Positions 23,501-32,601 of a stretch of DNA of 64,000 nt are shown one piece after another (position 1 is the stretch's first letter; each line of letters starts with the position of its first letter). The position numbers and the translations under genes were made by a program. This stretch comes from a virus: the IMG/VR virus record IMGVR_UViG_3300032050_000011; one strand, written 5' to 3'. The notes beneath the pieces are model-generated. The model saw only the letters and a list, made by a program, of their open reading frames with translations. It was not told the origin of the DNA and ran no database searches.

Positions 23501-26500
23501 AGAAGTATCCAGTGAATTAGATACATCTGGCTGACATTCGATAAGCTGTATAGACGGTGATCCTGGTATGCCTAAACCAGGCTCAGTTGTGCCAGCATCA
23601 TTGTTATCATACCAGAATTTAACCACGTCGCCGTTTCCAGCATTAAGTGTAAAGTAAGAACCATCTAGTGAATTAGCTATGTCTGGCTCACAATCGATAT
23701 CATGAACAGTAGGAGACCCGGTAATAATTCCTCCAGGTGTCACTGCCGCGCTAGCAAAAGCTAGATCGCTGTCTATTGCTGCTGCTGTTTTAACGGCTAC
23801 TTCATTTACGTCGTCATCTGTGTCTATGTTAATCTCTACCGACCTAGTAGTAGTACCTACTGCTGGCTCTGTTGCTCCGGCGTTATTATTGTCATACCAG
23901 AATTTAACAGTATCTCCGTTTGGAGTTTGTAATATAAAGTAAGAAGCATTAAGTGAGTTTGCTACATCTGGCTGACAACCAACTGTCTGCACAGATGGGG
24001 TTCCGCCTATCAGCATAACAGGAGGCGTTAGATTACCGTCTACAGAAAACCATGCGATCCAGCTAGAATCAGCACTGTTTATAAATCTAAGATAATCTGC
24101 ATGATCAGGTACTCCAGAAGAAGTTACTCTGAAAACTAGATTGTCATCAGAGTCTCCAGCCTGAGTTACTTCTTGATGAATTTCGCTATTTGATGTTAAT
24201 GCACCTATTGCATTTCGCATTTGCGGATTGTAGTCTACGGATCCTTCGTCTGTATCTGACAATATGAGATATGAACCTGAATCATCATGAGTCCATCGCC
24301 AGACAATTCCAGGAGTAGGATAGCTAATTGGATCTAGCGAGTGAGCATCTACTATATTTATCTTAGTATACTGATTAAAATTAGTATTCTTAGAATTATA
24401 CATGTACTCGCAAGTGCTGTCATTCTTCTTAACAACATCTATACTGTCATTTTGACCTAGTCTGCTTATGCGCTCAACCCCATAGTCATTTTCAAGTTGA
24501 ACATGGTGTCCTGGCTGAAGTGTATTTGGCGAAGCTGGTATTTTAAACTGCAAGAAATTATCAGAATCTTCAACTATCTGAGAGCTTCCTATTAATTTAA
24601 ATTTTGCGTTATTTGCACTACCACCCACTATTTCTATAGCTCCACTAGATCCAAGCTGCTGTGATTTTATCTGTATTGAACTGCTGTCATTGGCAACAGA
24701 AACTCTAGACACTATATTTAGCTGTGAAAGCGCTCTATGTGTCATATGATGTGCTAGATTATCTAGAGTTGATGGTATAAGTTTAAATTTTTCACCAGTA
24801 GTTCCATCTAGATTTATTGCAGTATCTAGCTCGTATAGTGGCGTTACGCCTACTAGAACTAGTGGTTTTTTAAGTTGAAAATTAGGATTAGCATTTTGAA
24901 AACTTGATATCCAGTTCTTTGAGTCCCAGAAAGATATAAAATCATGATAATTGCTAGAAGGATTAGGATTATGATAGTAGGCTACTTCATTGATAGCGAC
25001 GCCAGTTATATCTCTAGTGGCCTTAATCAATGTGCCAGATGTGTGCTCTACTGCTTCAAGCATAGGATTTGTATTTATTTTAGCAACTATGTCTGCAATA
25101 GTATTCTGTTTTATAGAGAAAATTTCTAGCTTATTTACTAGATTTATAGTTTCATAGCTGTCAGCAACTCCAGCTATATCTAGTAAAAATGTAAAACCTG
25201 TAGGCACTACTCCGTCTTGGCCTGCAGTAACTGGGCCATTGACTGCATCTACTATAGATATGGTGGCAGAAGTTCCAGAGGCATTTGTCACAGAAGCAAA
25301 GGCTGGGTCTCCTGCCATTATGATGGCAGTTTTTGTGGCGACATCTATATCTGTGTCATCGTTAAGGATGTCGATCTCCCAGCTTCTAGTTGTAGCTATT
25401 GAAGCAGGCTCTAGTGTACCGCTGTTGTTATTGTCATACCAGAATTTAACCGTATCGCCATTTGCTGCGCTAACTATAAAATAGCTTCCATTTAGACTTC
25501 CACTAGAGTCTGCAACGCATACTATCTCTTGAACTGAAGCTGAACCTACTGCTGTTGCTACTCCGTCTATGCTATAAAAATCTAGTGTTTTAGCGATATC
25601 ATCCTTTTGAAGAATGCTGAAAGTTCCGCAATTTGCTGTTGAAAATCCGCTTGTTTCACCTATAGATATGACATCACCTATATTTATAGAATTAACACTA
25701 GCAGTAGTAGGAAATTTTAACCTAAGTATGCTAGAGCCTAAGTCTGTCAGTGTGAACTGGTCTCCTGGAGAGATGTCTGTATTTATTGCGCTGTTTGAAC
25801 CAAATACATATCTAAAAGAAGTTACGCCTGGAATTGTAGATTGCACAAGCGTGCTCTCGCTATCGGCAGTACTAGGGTAGTCGATTCCAAAAGTATATTG
25901 TTCGCCTATTGGACCATAGTCGCTAGCTCTTATTATCATGGCTGCGCCATTATCATAATACCAGTTTCTAGCTCTAAACCATATATTGTAGTCGTTAAAG
26001 TTAGTGCTCCCCTGAGATGGCAAAGTGCCCCAGATATCTGCTTTACCGAAATCAATACCAGACTCGTTATCTATGTCATCTGCAGAGAATGCTATGCTAG
26101 TAGGTATGAAATTTGAAAGCTGCGAACCGCTATTGATCTGACCAGTTCTTGAGAGTGGCATATCTATGGTTTTAGCTATAGGATCATTGTCTAGTATCAT
26201 TACGATATTATCTTCGGATGAAAGTTCTAGACCTTTAACTGCACTATACTCATCTCCAGCAGTGTAATCCATTAGAGTTCTAGGCGTAGAGTTTCTTGTG
26301 CCTATTTGACTTGAGCTTAATATGGACCTAATATTTCTTGATTGGCCCTTATTTTGACCACTTGTTATTTCTATGAAATCGTCATAGCTTATATCATTTA
26401 AAAAATCCGTAGCAGTGTCAGTTAATGTTTCAGAATAAAAACCAGAGCCGTCAATGCTAGGCTGTGAGTTTGCAGTAAGTGAACCTCTTATTTCGCTATA

Positions 26501-29170
26501 AACGTGTCTATCTAGCCAAACATTATCTGATTCTGGCTCAGATCGTTTAAACATTGTTAAGTAACTTTTGCTTGGAATAACATTCGCTATATGCGACTCA
26601 GTTCCAAGCTGAGTGCCTTGTGCAGTATTAAAAACTCTAGATGCTGCACCTACAGAAACAGGTATAGCAATGCTTCCACTTGTTTCAGTAGCTGAAGTAA
26701 TTTTTATATAGCTTGTTCTAAAAGTTTTTGCTTCTACGCCTTTAATTAAACTGTTAATAGATGCAACTACTTCATTTATGCTAGCAGAGACTGGAGCTGA
26801 CAGCGAAGAAGCTCTCCATATCTGCGGATACTTATCGGAATAGAATGCCTGAATATCAAGCGCATCCAATATTGCATAAGATCCGCCAGAAACCATGTTT
26901 ACATTTTTTACATCTAGGTAGCTGTCTACTCCAGCATATAAATGTTCGCCTTTTGCATGTACCTTAAATAGACCGCTAGAAGCGTCATCTACCCAGCTGC
27001 CTGATCCAGGCGGATCAATTAGTGGATTTGCTCTAGTTTCGCCTCTGCTAACTATATAGATATAGTCACCAGCTTGTACATTGCTAAACGAAGATATGGC
27101 ACTAGACATTATTCTCATAATGCTGTTGCCTTGATCTAGTAGAGTTATAGTAGACGCAATTGGTAGACTAAGCGATCTTGGAACAACTCTTGCAGCATCT
27201 GCTACAATGACCATCTCTGCGGGTCTATTACTAGAATCGTTAGATAAATTAAATATTCCGTTAGATGCAGCGCTGGATACTATGAATCCCTTTGAGTCAC
27301 TTGATCCGGCTGTGATAGTATCTCCAGCCTCTATATCTACTTTAATTTGTAGATTACCATTCTGCCTATTAAGGATAAAATCAGAATTTTGACCACTAGA
27401 CTCTAGTGTCTGAGAGCTAAACATGTTTTCTAGATATGATCCGCCAACTATCTTAATAGAAGACTCTTCGCCACCTTTATTTGATGTAACAACAAGCCTT
27501 CCAGCAGCAGTTGCCGTAGCAGTCAATCCTGCAAACTTATAGTTAAATACACGAACCCAGTCTTGAAGAGTTACAGAAAAAAAGCTACTGGCGCCAAAAT
27601 CTAATAGTGTAAAACTACGATCTTGAGGCGGAGTATCGTCCACAGAAATTATTAAGTTACCGCCAGTAGATATTCCCCATGTAGAAAATTCTACGGTCGC
27701 TACAGAAGCAGACAGCTCTTTTTCTCTTAGCAGTTTATTATTTTTATATAGTTTTATATTTGAAAATTCATTTAATGGAAATTTTAGCGATGAGTTAGCA
27801 TCGAATCTCCCACCATCTCCTGTGACTTTAATTGTCTCAGCTGTATGATCTGTTGGATACAGTAGAAGTCTAGACGAATTCTCTGTCAATCTACACTTAA
27901 AGCTGACTGATTTAGTGTTTATTGTTGTAGCTAGATCATAGATACTCACAGAAGAAATATTGCTAAAATCAGAATCATAAAGAACGATAGATTCCTCTAG
28001 TCCATCTACTTCAACTTTAAGAGTCATAGAGTCTGCTAATAGATATGGCGCTTCTGCAAGATTTACTACCTGAGCTCTAGGTAGAGGATAGTTAGCGAGC
28101 TGTAAAAATTCTTCGCTGCCATTAGCTGAGGCCAACAATAGATCTACAGACTGTCCTTTATAGCTTGGTTGAAAACCTTGACCATCATCTATATAGATAA
28201 TGCTTGGGTCTGCTATTGATGCTGGCTCTGTTATATTGGCAGATTCAACCTGCTTGCCATCTGTTTCCTCAGAAACACCGTATATAGCTGATAATATAGC
28301 TTGACGAGTACCTCTCGATAAAGAGTTCGAATATGCTTTTATTCTATCTCTAAAAGATTCATCTGATTCTGCATCTCTGCCATTAGTAAAAGCAATAGTA
28401 TTTGTTACAGCAGCGCCCAAAAATGGCGGCGTCGAAAATCTTGTTATGGTGTTTATCCCAGCATTTCCAGATGTGCCAGCGTTTACTGCAACAACGGGAA
28501 CTGAGTCCACAAATGTTTCACCAGCTGGAATTACCGCATTTCTTAGCGTTACATAGCTGATATCTGGACTAACGTTATTTGCAGGTATTCTTACTAGCGT
28601 ATTAGCTGGTATCTGCCTATCAGCTGTCCCTTGGCCATCTATAACGCTGTCAGTAAGAAGATGATCTTTCTGAAGCGAGGCTCCTAGAGTTATAGTATAA
28701 AAACTACCATTGTCTGTAATGGATGTATATGGAATTGGACCTTCAAAATTCTGAGTACCTCTACCAATATAGAGATTTCCAGTGAGATTCCACTCAGATG
28801 CATTTGCCACGTACAGAGTAGTAGCTCCTCTTATAGGGGCAGGCTTTATTGAGTATAATCTGGTGCTTCTCTTTGTGATATTTGTATCGGTAATCTTGAT
28901 TTGACCTGAAGCTCTAGCCGCGACGTTTCTAGTAAGGCCATAATTAGAGCCATAAGAGTCTAGATCGTTGTTTCTAACGGCGTCTATGTTCATTAGCTCT
29001 AGAACATTCAGTATGGCAACATTGTTTTCAAAGTCATTAGAGGCAGCCGCTTCAAGTAGAGTTAGCAGCGCGGATCCGGTATTGACGTCATTTATCGCAG
29101 TATCGGCAATGATTTTTCTTACCATTGCTCCCAGAATTTGATTATAGCTTTTAATCTCTACGTTAGCCAT
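17525..29170 (-). CDS. Giant baseplate J/gp6-like wedge protein with nested repeat domains and two FG-GAP propellers
   Basis: Baseplate-J-type N-terminus (LD.YG...GLTR..A..ASG; NG.DAESDESFRDRI...SRGT..AI) and C-terminus (I.SYVSNLGVGEDVILSDI...I.GV). The internal expansion is described in the findings. Confidence 0.8.
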   Translation of the reverse strand: MANVEIKSYNQILGAMVRKIIADTAINDVNTGSALLTLLEAAASNDFENNVAILNVLELMNIDAVRNNDLDSYGSNYGLTRNVAARASGQIKITDTNITKRSTRLYSIKPAPIRGATTLYVANASEWNLTGNLYIGRGTQNFEGPIPYTSITDNGSFYTITLGASLQKDHLLTDSVIDGQGTADRQIPANTLVRIPANNVSPDISYVTLRNAVIPAGETFVDSVPVVAVNAGTSGNAGINTITRFSTPPFLGAAVTNTIAFTNGRDAESDESFRDRIKAYSNSLSRGTRQAILSAIYGVSEETDGKQVESANITEPASIADPSIIYIDDGQGFQPSYKGQSVDLLLASANGSEEFLQLANYPLPRAQVVNLAEAPYLLADSMTLKVEVDGLEESIVLYDSDFSNISSVSIYDLATTINTKSVSFKCRLTENSSRLLLYPTDHTAETIKVTGDGGRFDANSSLKFPLNEFSNIKLYKNNKLLREKELSASVATVEFSTWGISTGGNLIISVDDTPPQDRSFTLLDFGASSFFSVTLQDWVRVFNYKFAGLTATATAAGRLVVTSNKGGEESSIKIVGGSYLENMFSSQTLESSGQNSDFILNRQNGNLQIKVDIEAGDTITAGSSDSKGFIVSSAASNGIFNLSNDSSNRPAEMVIVADAARVVPRSLSLPIASTITLLDQGNSIMRIMSSAISSFSNVQAGDYIYIVSRGETRANPLIDPPGSGSWVDDASSGLFKVHAKGEHLYAGVDSYLDVKNVNMVSGGSYAILDALDIQAFYSDKYPQIWRASSLSAPVSASINEVVASINSLIKGVEAKTFRTSYIKITSATETSGSIAIPVSVGAASRVFNTAQGTQLGTESHIANVIPSKSYLTMFKRSEPESDNVWLDRHVYSEIRGSLTANSQPSIDGSGFYSETLTDTATDFLNDISYDDFIEITSGQNKGQSRNIRSILSSSQIGTRNSTPRTLMDYTAGDEYSAVKGLELSSEDNIVMILDNDPIAKTIDMPLSRTGQINSGSQLSNFIPTSIAFSADDIDNESGIDFGKADIWGTLPSQGSTNFNDYNIWFRARNWYYDNGAAMIIRASDYGPIGEQYTFGIDYPSTADSESTLVQSTIPGVTSFRYVFGSNSAINTDISPGDQFTLTDLGSSILRLKFPTTASVNSINIGDVISIGETSGFSTANCGTFSILQKDDIAKTLDFYSIDGVATAVGSASVQEIVCVADSSGSLNGSYFIVSAANGDTVKFWYDNNNSGTLEPASIATTRSWEIDILNDDTDIDVATKTAIIMAGDPAFASVTNASGTSATISIVDAVNGPVTAGQDGVVPTGFTFLLDIAGVADSYETINLVNKLEIFSIKQNTIADIVAKINTNPMLEAVEHTSGTLIKATRDITGVAINEVAYYHNPNPSSNYHDFISFWDSKNWISSFQNANPNFQLKKPLVLVGVTPLYELDTAINLDGTTGEKFKLIPSTLDNLAHHMTHRALSQLNIVSRVSVANDSSSIQIKSQQLGSSGAIEIVGGSANNAKFKLIGSSQIVEDSDNFLQFKIPASPNTLQPGHHVQLENDYGVERISRLGQNDSIDVVKKNDSTCEYMYNSKNTNFNQYTKINIVDAHSLDPISYPTPGIVWRWTHDDSGSYLILSDTDEGSVDYNPQMRNAIGALTSNSEIHQEVTQAGDSDDNLVFRVTSSGVPDHADYLRFINSADSSWIAWFSVDGNLTPPVMLIGGTPSVQTVGCQPDVANSLNASYFILQTPNGDTVKFWYDNNNAGATEPAVGTTTRSVEINIDTDDDVNEVAVKTAAAIDSDLAFASAAVTPGGIITGSPTVHDIDCEPDIANSLDGSYFTLNAGNGDVVKFWYDNNDAGTTEPGLGIPGSPSIQLIECQPDVSNSLDTSYFVLEAGNGDTVKFWYDNNNAGAAEPAVGTTTRSLEINIDTNDDVNQVAAKTANAIDNDSAFASAIVTPGVIMPGSGVPSIQRIQLQPDISNSLNGSYFVLEAGNGDTVKFWYDNNNSGTAEPAVGTTTRSVEINSISTNDDSDAVATHTATAISSDIAFASVLITPEISNTGFVAQLNSSNQSLADAFGNSVAISGDYAVVGAPQDDGSTDTITTAGEAYIFKRNQGGANNWGLIKTLNSPNEDTDDAFGYSVAIDGDYIVVGAYGDEGSTGTIGTGEAYVYKKDQGGADNWGLIKTLNSDNEDDGDTFGNSVAIDGNYIVVGARTDHGTADAIGSAGEAYVYKKDQGGVDNWGLIKILNSDNEDTGDQFGWSVAISGDYIAVGAFVDDGSIDAIIDAGEVYVFKKDQGGVDNWGLIKILNSDNEDTADQFGYSVAISGDYIVVGAYGDDGSTDAISSAGEAYVFYKDQGGTDNWGLIKTLNSSNEDANDYFGWSVAISGNYIVVGAPFDRGIADGVSSAGEAYLFYKNQGGTDNWGFLKQLNSPNENGDRFGSQVAVDGDNIVVGASSDDGSTETLNDAGEAYIYSINLATPTPASIDLANADSGPVAIGTDGTPATNFTFSVVLTGTPDGLSPATITVTNSADGPVNAGVDGTTPTNFILSIDTIGVAGVPAVPSDRSVEINVDTDDDVLAVATKTADAIDNDSAFASATVTTTTVPGNIAIQTIGCQPDVSNSLNGSYFVLEAGNGDTVKFWYDNNNSGTVEPAVGTTTRSREINISTNDDFEEVATKTANIIDNDSAFASAIVTTTTAPVITPGSYIKAAATPSGYNCIYTKISGDYMFAVGSNGLLSSVFIHKKNQGGLNNWGLIKTLPFSGFNSIIIDADGDYLVVGAFEDGGSTNAISAAGEAYVYKKDQGGIDNWGLTATLNSPDEDLYDRFGTYVAISGNYIAVHAAGDDGFTDTVNDAGEVYIFKKDTGLESWSLIKSFTPGFEVAGNNSGAPLHLSGDYLVLKPSNLSSIINSTIIVYKKDQGGVDNWGLVKTITAPNFSTWPPNGNFGYSVNISGDYIIALETPYEYLHIFKKNYGGTENWGLIKTLTSPNPDAGDLFGWSAAISGNYIIVGAYSDDGSTDTTVDAGEAYVFYKDQGGVDNWGLLSTLNNPFENVGTSFGSGVSISSNFIATTGADGGNAKAYIFNTAGSGSGTTVNSATITVTNAQVGLITAGVDGAGADATGFNFSLISPGTGETISGATITVNNADNGLVAAGADGTPSTNFNFSVVTAGSDDGFALASITATSSQNGPITAGSNGSPSPGFIFGVTTNGVADATVPISADNIVRVDVLSTDTPNQIIAKLGIALSINGISSDFSIGQTPGATLSQVTEGSLLTLFSESGIAVDGWSTGNFCKNTGSNVIGGLPIVAVNQSAKYLDVENPDGKAMSATEIGGNEIIISAAPALEWHLAHSAPNKIQSIAIASNIATATTENPHGLDVGDIFTAIDIPSSASPNTGIVLSIVDSNKFTYASTNSNALSISPAGLILKPGQTRTRYKIESLGHNGMNRLSLVDGDSPKFLSCGAAVDDLLLVSGSSFGSANNGAFRILALDNDSIVYRNMQALEKLDTFVAFNNYSLEPTWTSNSNIVIGIPGTFSNLSIGDWVKKTTDEDTLLVQVSGFNSSLAKDATIVTLSSSYTGDSGNSPSHALDQNSDIGKGVYLNNASDIRILEGDSARVSDNLFISENTSDSWFSLSNSGNFDIQDLGTDGLSGRQYIRVNNSSGLSEIDVSAGLANSKFLITENDDNKFTSIREVYHTAIDPLNENRRIVYLSGGDRDYKWNENNSSFISSVGKIGYDNSIVVGIDGYKYYTGLLRKVQRIVDGFDPDSSSFPGRKAVGSAIEVLPPIPVKVSISVDITTQDGVNLSEITDEIASAIISYVSNLGVGEDVILSDIIVRIKNIVGVEAVTFVSPTPNNERISISEGEKAFIQPSDISIT

Positions 29171-29178
29171 GCGTCTTC

Positions 29179-30777
29179 CTATATATTTATGTTAAAGCTT
29201 ATGGGTATATTCTGATCTGATCCAGCCAGTTTAACTATCAATTTAACCTTAAATGCTGATACTGGCTTTGAGTCCAGACTATTCACATACTCTATATTCA
29301 GGGACTCTATGTTAGAAAATCTAGTATCTGCTTTTATGGCAGAATCTATAGAGTCAACTAAAATTCTTCTCACCGCGTCCACATCTATGTTGCTGTCACC
29401 GATTACACTTATAAGGCCATAGTCTTTATGTCTAATAAGTTCACCCTGTTCAACTGACATCTTTAACTTGATAGCCTGTATGGAGTTCTCTATTCCATAG
29501 ACTGGCTGTATGTCGTTATTAGAGTTAAAAACTAAGTCACCTTCAGTATTTATACTTAAGTCTACTTTTTGTCGCTTTTCTATGTTGTCACTTGTTTTTA
29601 AAAACCAAGGCGTTTCACTTCTTAGGTCATCTGGTAGAGGATCAGAGGACGGTATTAGAACAAAAAAGGAACTATTTATCGTATTAGATTTATAAACTCT
29701 AACGTAAGCTCCTTCTGATACTTTATAGCGGTCTAGATCTTTTTCACCATCTAGTTCTAGTATTATGTCGTCAGATATAGGAATCTGTCGTATTGCTGCA
29801 ACTACTCGCTGCTCTGGAAAATTTTGAGTCGTGGACTGCAGCAGTATAGGCTGACCAACATAAAAAAGATCTAGCGCTGGTTGACCAAGAAGTAATCCGC
29901 TGATATTTATCTTATTGTCTACGCCGTTAGACATTATAAAGAGTTTTTGGCCAACCTCATCAATATAAGGCGGTTTTAAGCCATTAGCTATAGCTATGTC
30001 TATCCATCTATCAGGTGATCCTAGTGTTCTTTGAGCAAGAGACTGCAGATCTTCACCATAATTTAACTTAACTAGTGTGCCAGAAAGGTATGAGATTATA
30101 TCAATATCTGGGTTATTTGCATTAGCTTTTGCTAGTGCAAAAGGATCAACCGATGCAGTTTCTAGTGAAAAATAGTTAGCCAATATATAGTTTATCATGT
30201 CTATTGATTTCATCAACTCATTCATGGCATTCATGTCTTTATTTTTGACATCAACTCTAGCTGGGCGTGAACTTCTTTTATAGACTGTGTTATAGCTATC
30301 GTCTTGTAATCCAACTTTATCAGCCATGGCGTCTCGCTCTATTTCTAGCTCAGAGCGCATGTTGAGAAAATCTGATCTTATATATTTCTGCACTTCTTCT
30401 ATTTTTGATTTAACTATTGCAGATTCTTCGCCGTTTAGTGCTATTGAATTTATATTCGTAGAGTCGAATATAGAATAAAATATATATATGATATTCTTAT
30501 TATCAAATGGGTTTTTTTTATTTTTAGAATTTCTTTCAGTTCTTATAAAGCGAGTAAATAATTCTATTTCACTTCTGAGGCGCTCTGGATCCTGATAGCT
30601 AGAAACAAAGTCAAGATATGTGGCTCTGAGCGTTTCCCAGTTGTCTCTAAAATAAGGCCATCTCAGTCTTATTAGTTCTGGAATATCTGCCAGAGTAAGC
30701 AGAGAATTCTCTCTGACCTTGACCCAGAGATCTAGCTTGGATAGCGGCTCTATAGCTCCTTCCATGTCTACTAGCAT
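29179..30777 (-). CDS. Baseplate protein with LysM-like segment and C-terminal gp25-like domain
   Basis: LysM-like GEDLQSLAQRTLGSPDRWIDIAIANGL and gp25-like GIENSIQAIKLKM..EQGEL..H.DYGL...DTRF. Confidence 0.65.
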   Translation of the reverse strand: MLVDMEGAIEPLSKLDLWVKVRENSLLTLADIPELIRLRWPYFRDNWETLRATYLDFVSSYQDPERLRSEIELFTRFIRTERNSKNKKNPFDNKNIIYIFYSIFDSTNINSIALNGEESAIVKSKIEEVQKYIRSDFLNMRSELEIERDAMADKVGLQDDSYNTVYKRSSRPARVDVKNKDMNAMNELMKSIDMINYILANYFSLETASVDPFALAKANANNPDIDIISYLSGTLVKLNYGEDLQSLAQRTLGSPDRWIDIAIANGLKPPYIDEVGQKLFIMSNGVDNKINISGLLLGQPALDLFYVGQPILLQSTTQNFPEQRVVAAIRQIPISDDIILELDGEKDLDRYKVSEGAYVRVYKSNTINSSFFVLIPSSDPLPDDLRSETPWFLKTSDNIEKRQKVDLSINTEGDLVFNSNNDIQPVYGIENSIQAIKLKMSVEQGELIRHKDYGLISVIGDSNIDVDAVRRILVDSIDSAIKADTRFSNIESLNIEYVNSLDSKPVSAFKVKLIVKLAGSDQNIPISFNINI

Positions 30778-31616
30778 TATAAACCTATAGATTTAAAGGC
30801 TGAAACTATACCGTAAGCAGTATTTTTTGCAGCTCTTACTTTATTAGATATCTTTGAAAATTCTGTTGTGTTCAGCCCATCTAGTCCGAAGCGACCTAGG
30901 TCTAGCGAAACAGGTTTTATAGCATCATCAATTGATCTAAGGTTATAGGCTCTCATAGATATGCTATAGTTATATAATAGTGGACTTGAGGCGTCTCTGG
31001 TCATCGAGAAACTGGTAATGCTAACGTCGTAGGCATTATTATCTTTGTAGTTAAAGAAGGATAGTGGGTGACCGGTCTTTGGTTTTTTACCCAGAGCAAC
31101 GCTGTCCTTGTACTCTAGTAGAAACTTGTAAAAATTATGAAAAGCTACGTAGCCAGATTCGTCATTTTTTATTGCGCTAACAGCAACACTTTCCGACGCA
31201 CCTTTTACTTCGCTATATTGCTGCTGTATCTTGTCTATAAGGCTGCGCGTTTTTCTAAAAAAAGATGAAGCTGGATTTGCATTTATATCTATAGTAAAAC
31301 CGCTTCGACCCTCAGCTGGTCTAGTTGATCCAGCTTTGGCTTCTTTTTTATGATAGAGCGGAGCCATACCCGTTGTGCCAGATATATTTATGTCAAAATA
31401 GCGCTGCTCCGAATGCTCCTCGATAGTTCCATACATAGTGGGCACTACTGCTGTAGCAAAATGAGTATTTATCTGAATGTTGCGAGGCGATATGGGTAGG
31501 TTAAAATAGCTAGACTCACTATCTGTTTTTCGCCACCTAAAAGTATAGGGAAACTGCTTGTACCAGTTACTGGATACCGTCGCATATCTTTCAGATACTG
31601 TCTTATTTTCGGCCAT
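30777..31616 (-). CDS. Baseplate/tube-initiator-like protein
   Basis: LPISP.NI...T.YG..EEH...I.ISGTTG and F..TRD..SPLLYNY.I pattern; baseplate context. Confidence 0.5.
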   Translation of the reverse strand: MAENKTVSERYATVSSNWYKQFPYTFRWRKTDSESSYFNLPISPRNIQINTHFATAVVPTMYGTIEEHSEQRYFDINISGTTGMAPLYHKKEAKAGSTRPAEGRSGFTIDINANPASSFFRKTRSLIDKIQQQYSEVKGASESVAVSAIKNDESGYVAFHNFYKFLLEYKDSVALGKKPKTGHPLSFFNYKDNNAYDVSITSFSMTRDASSPLLYNYSISMRAYNLRSIDDAIKPVSLDLGRFGLDGLNTTEFSKISNKVRAAKNTAYGIVSAFKSIGL

Positions 31617-31650
31617 ATAAACTCCGAATAATATTATATACTGAAAATAG

Positions 31651-32601
31651 TTACGCTTTCCTTGTCTTTAAAATATTTAAGGTGTTTATGGAGCTTAGGC
31701 AGTCTTCGATTAGGGCTCTACTTACGCTAATTTGAAATCTAATATCATTCAATCTAGCTAGTGTACCGTTAGATTGAGTTAGACGTAATTTTATTATGCT
31801 AAAGAACTCTTTTTCTCTTTTTTCTGATCTAGATTCTAAGTATTTGATTCTATTAGAAATCTTGCTATTTACATCAGTTATGATATACTGAATACAGTCT
31901 TTTATTTTTTGTGATCTAAGTTTTTCTAGACTATTATCATCTAGACTCTGTGGTATTGAAGCCAGTATTGCCTCTATCTTAGAGTCTAAATCTTGCCAGA
32001 ATATTTTTTCAGTCTCTATCTCGGCGTTGTATAGGTCAGTAACCAGGTCTCTGGATATCTTGCTTTTCCAGGCTGCTAGCTGCGGCTTACATTGCCATAG
32101 CTTAAATTTAGTCACGTCATTCATTGACGGCGTGCTGTCCTGGCTTGATGCAACTCCATGTAGTAAGGTTAGAGCAACTATTGCCTGCTGACGTAATTCT
32201 GGCTCTGTTGCTCCAGCATAGGCCCTATCTCTTGACCATATGCCAGAACCAGCTGAAGTGCTTATAAAGTGCGGAGATATACCGCTGCCTATGCTTTGTC
32301 TTGTTCGACTTATTGGAAAATAAGGATTACAATCGTCGTCGCTTATTCCTGCTACTAGAGGCCATCTTTCTATCTCTGCAGACTCATAGACCCTTGGCCA
32401 TTTGCCACTAAAATGACGAAGCTCTCTATATAAAGAATTTAAGTCAATTCTTATATCAGCCTCTTCCTCTTTACATACAGAATCTAGTCTAAATAACTCT
32501 TTTTCTAGTTCAACAAGATCTTTAAGAATTTCCCTATCGTTGCCTAGCTCTTCTAGTCTTCTAGATATGTCTGCATCTATAATATTTACTATTGACTTCA
32601 T
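31651..32601 (-). CDS. Hypothetical baseplate-region protein
   Basis: 316-aa ORF with a 4-nt overlap with the spike gene. Confidence 0.6.
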   Translation of the reverse strand: MKSIVNIIDADISRRLEELGNDREILKDLVELEKELFRLDSVCKEEEADIRIDLNSLYRELRHFSGKWPRVYESAEIERWPLVAGISDDDCNPYFPISRTRQSIGSGISPHFISTSAGSGIWSRDRAYAGATEPELRQQAIVALTLLHGVASSQDSTPSMNDVTKFKLWQCKPQLAAWKSKISRDLVTDLYNAEIETEKIFWQDLDSKIEAILASIPQSLDDNSLEKLRSQKIKDCIQYIITDVNSKISNRIKYLESRSEKREKEFFSIIKLRLTQSNGTLARLNDIRFQISVSRALIEDCLSSINTLNILKTRKA

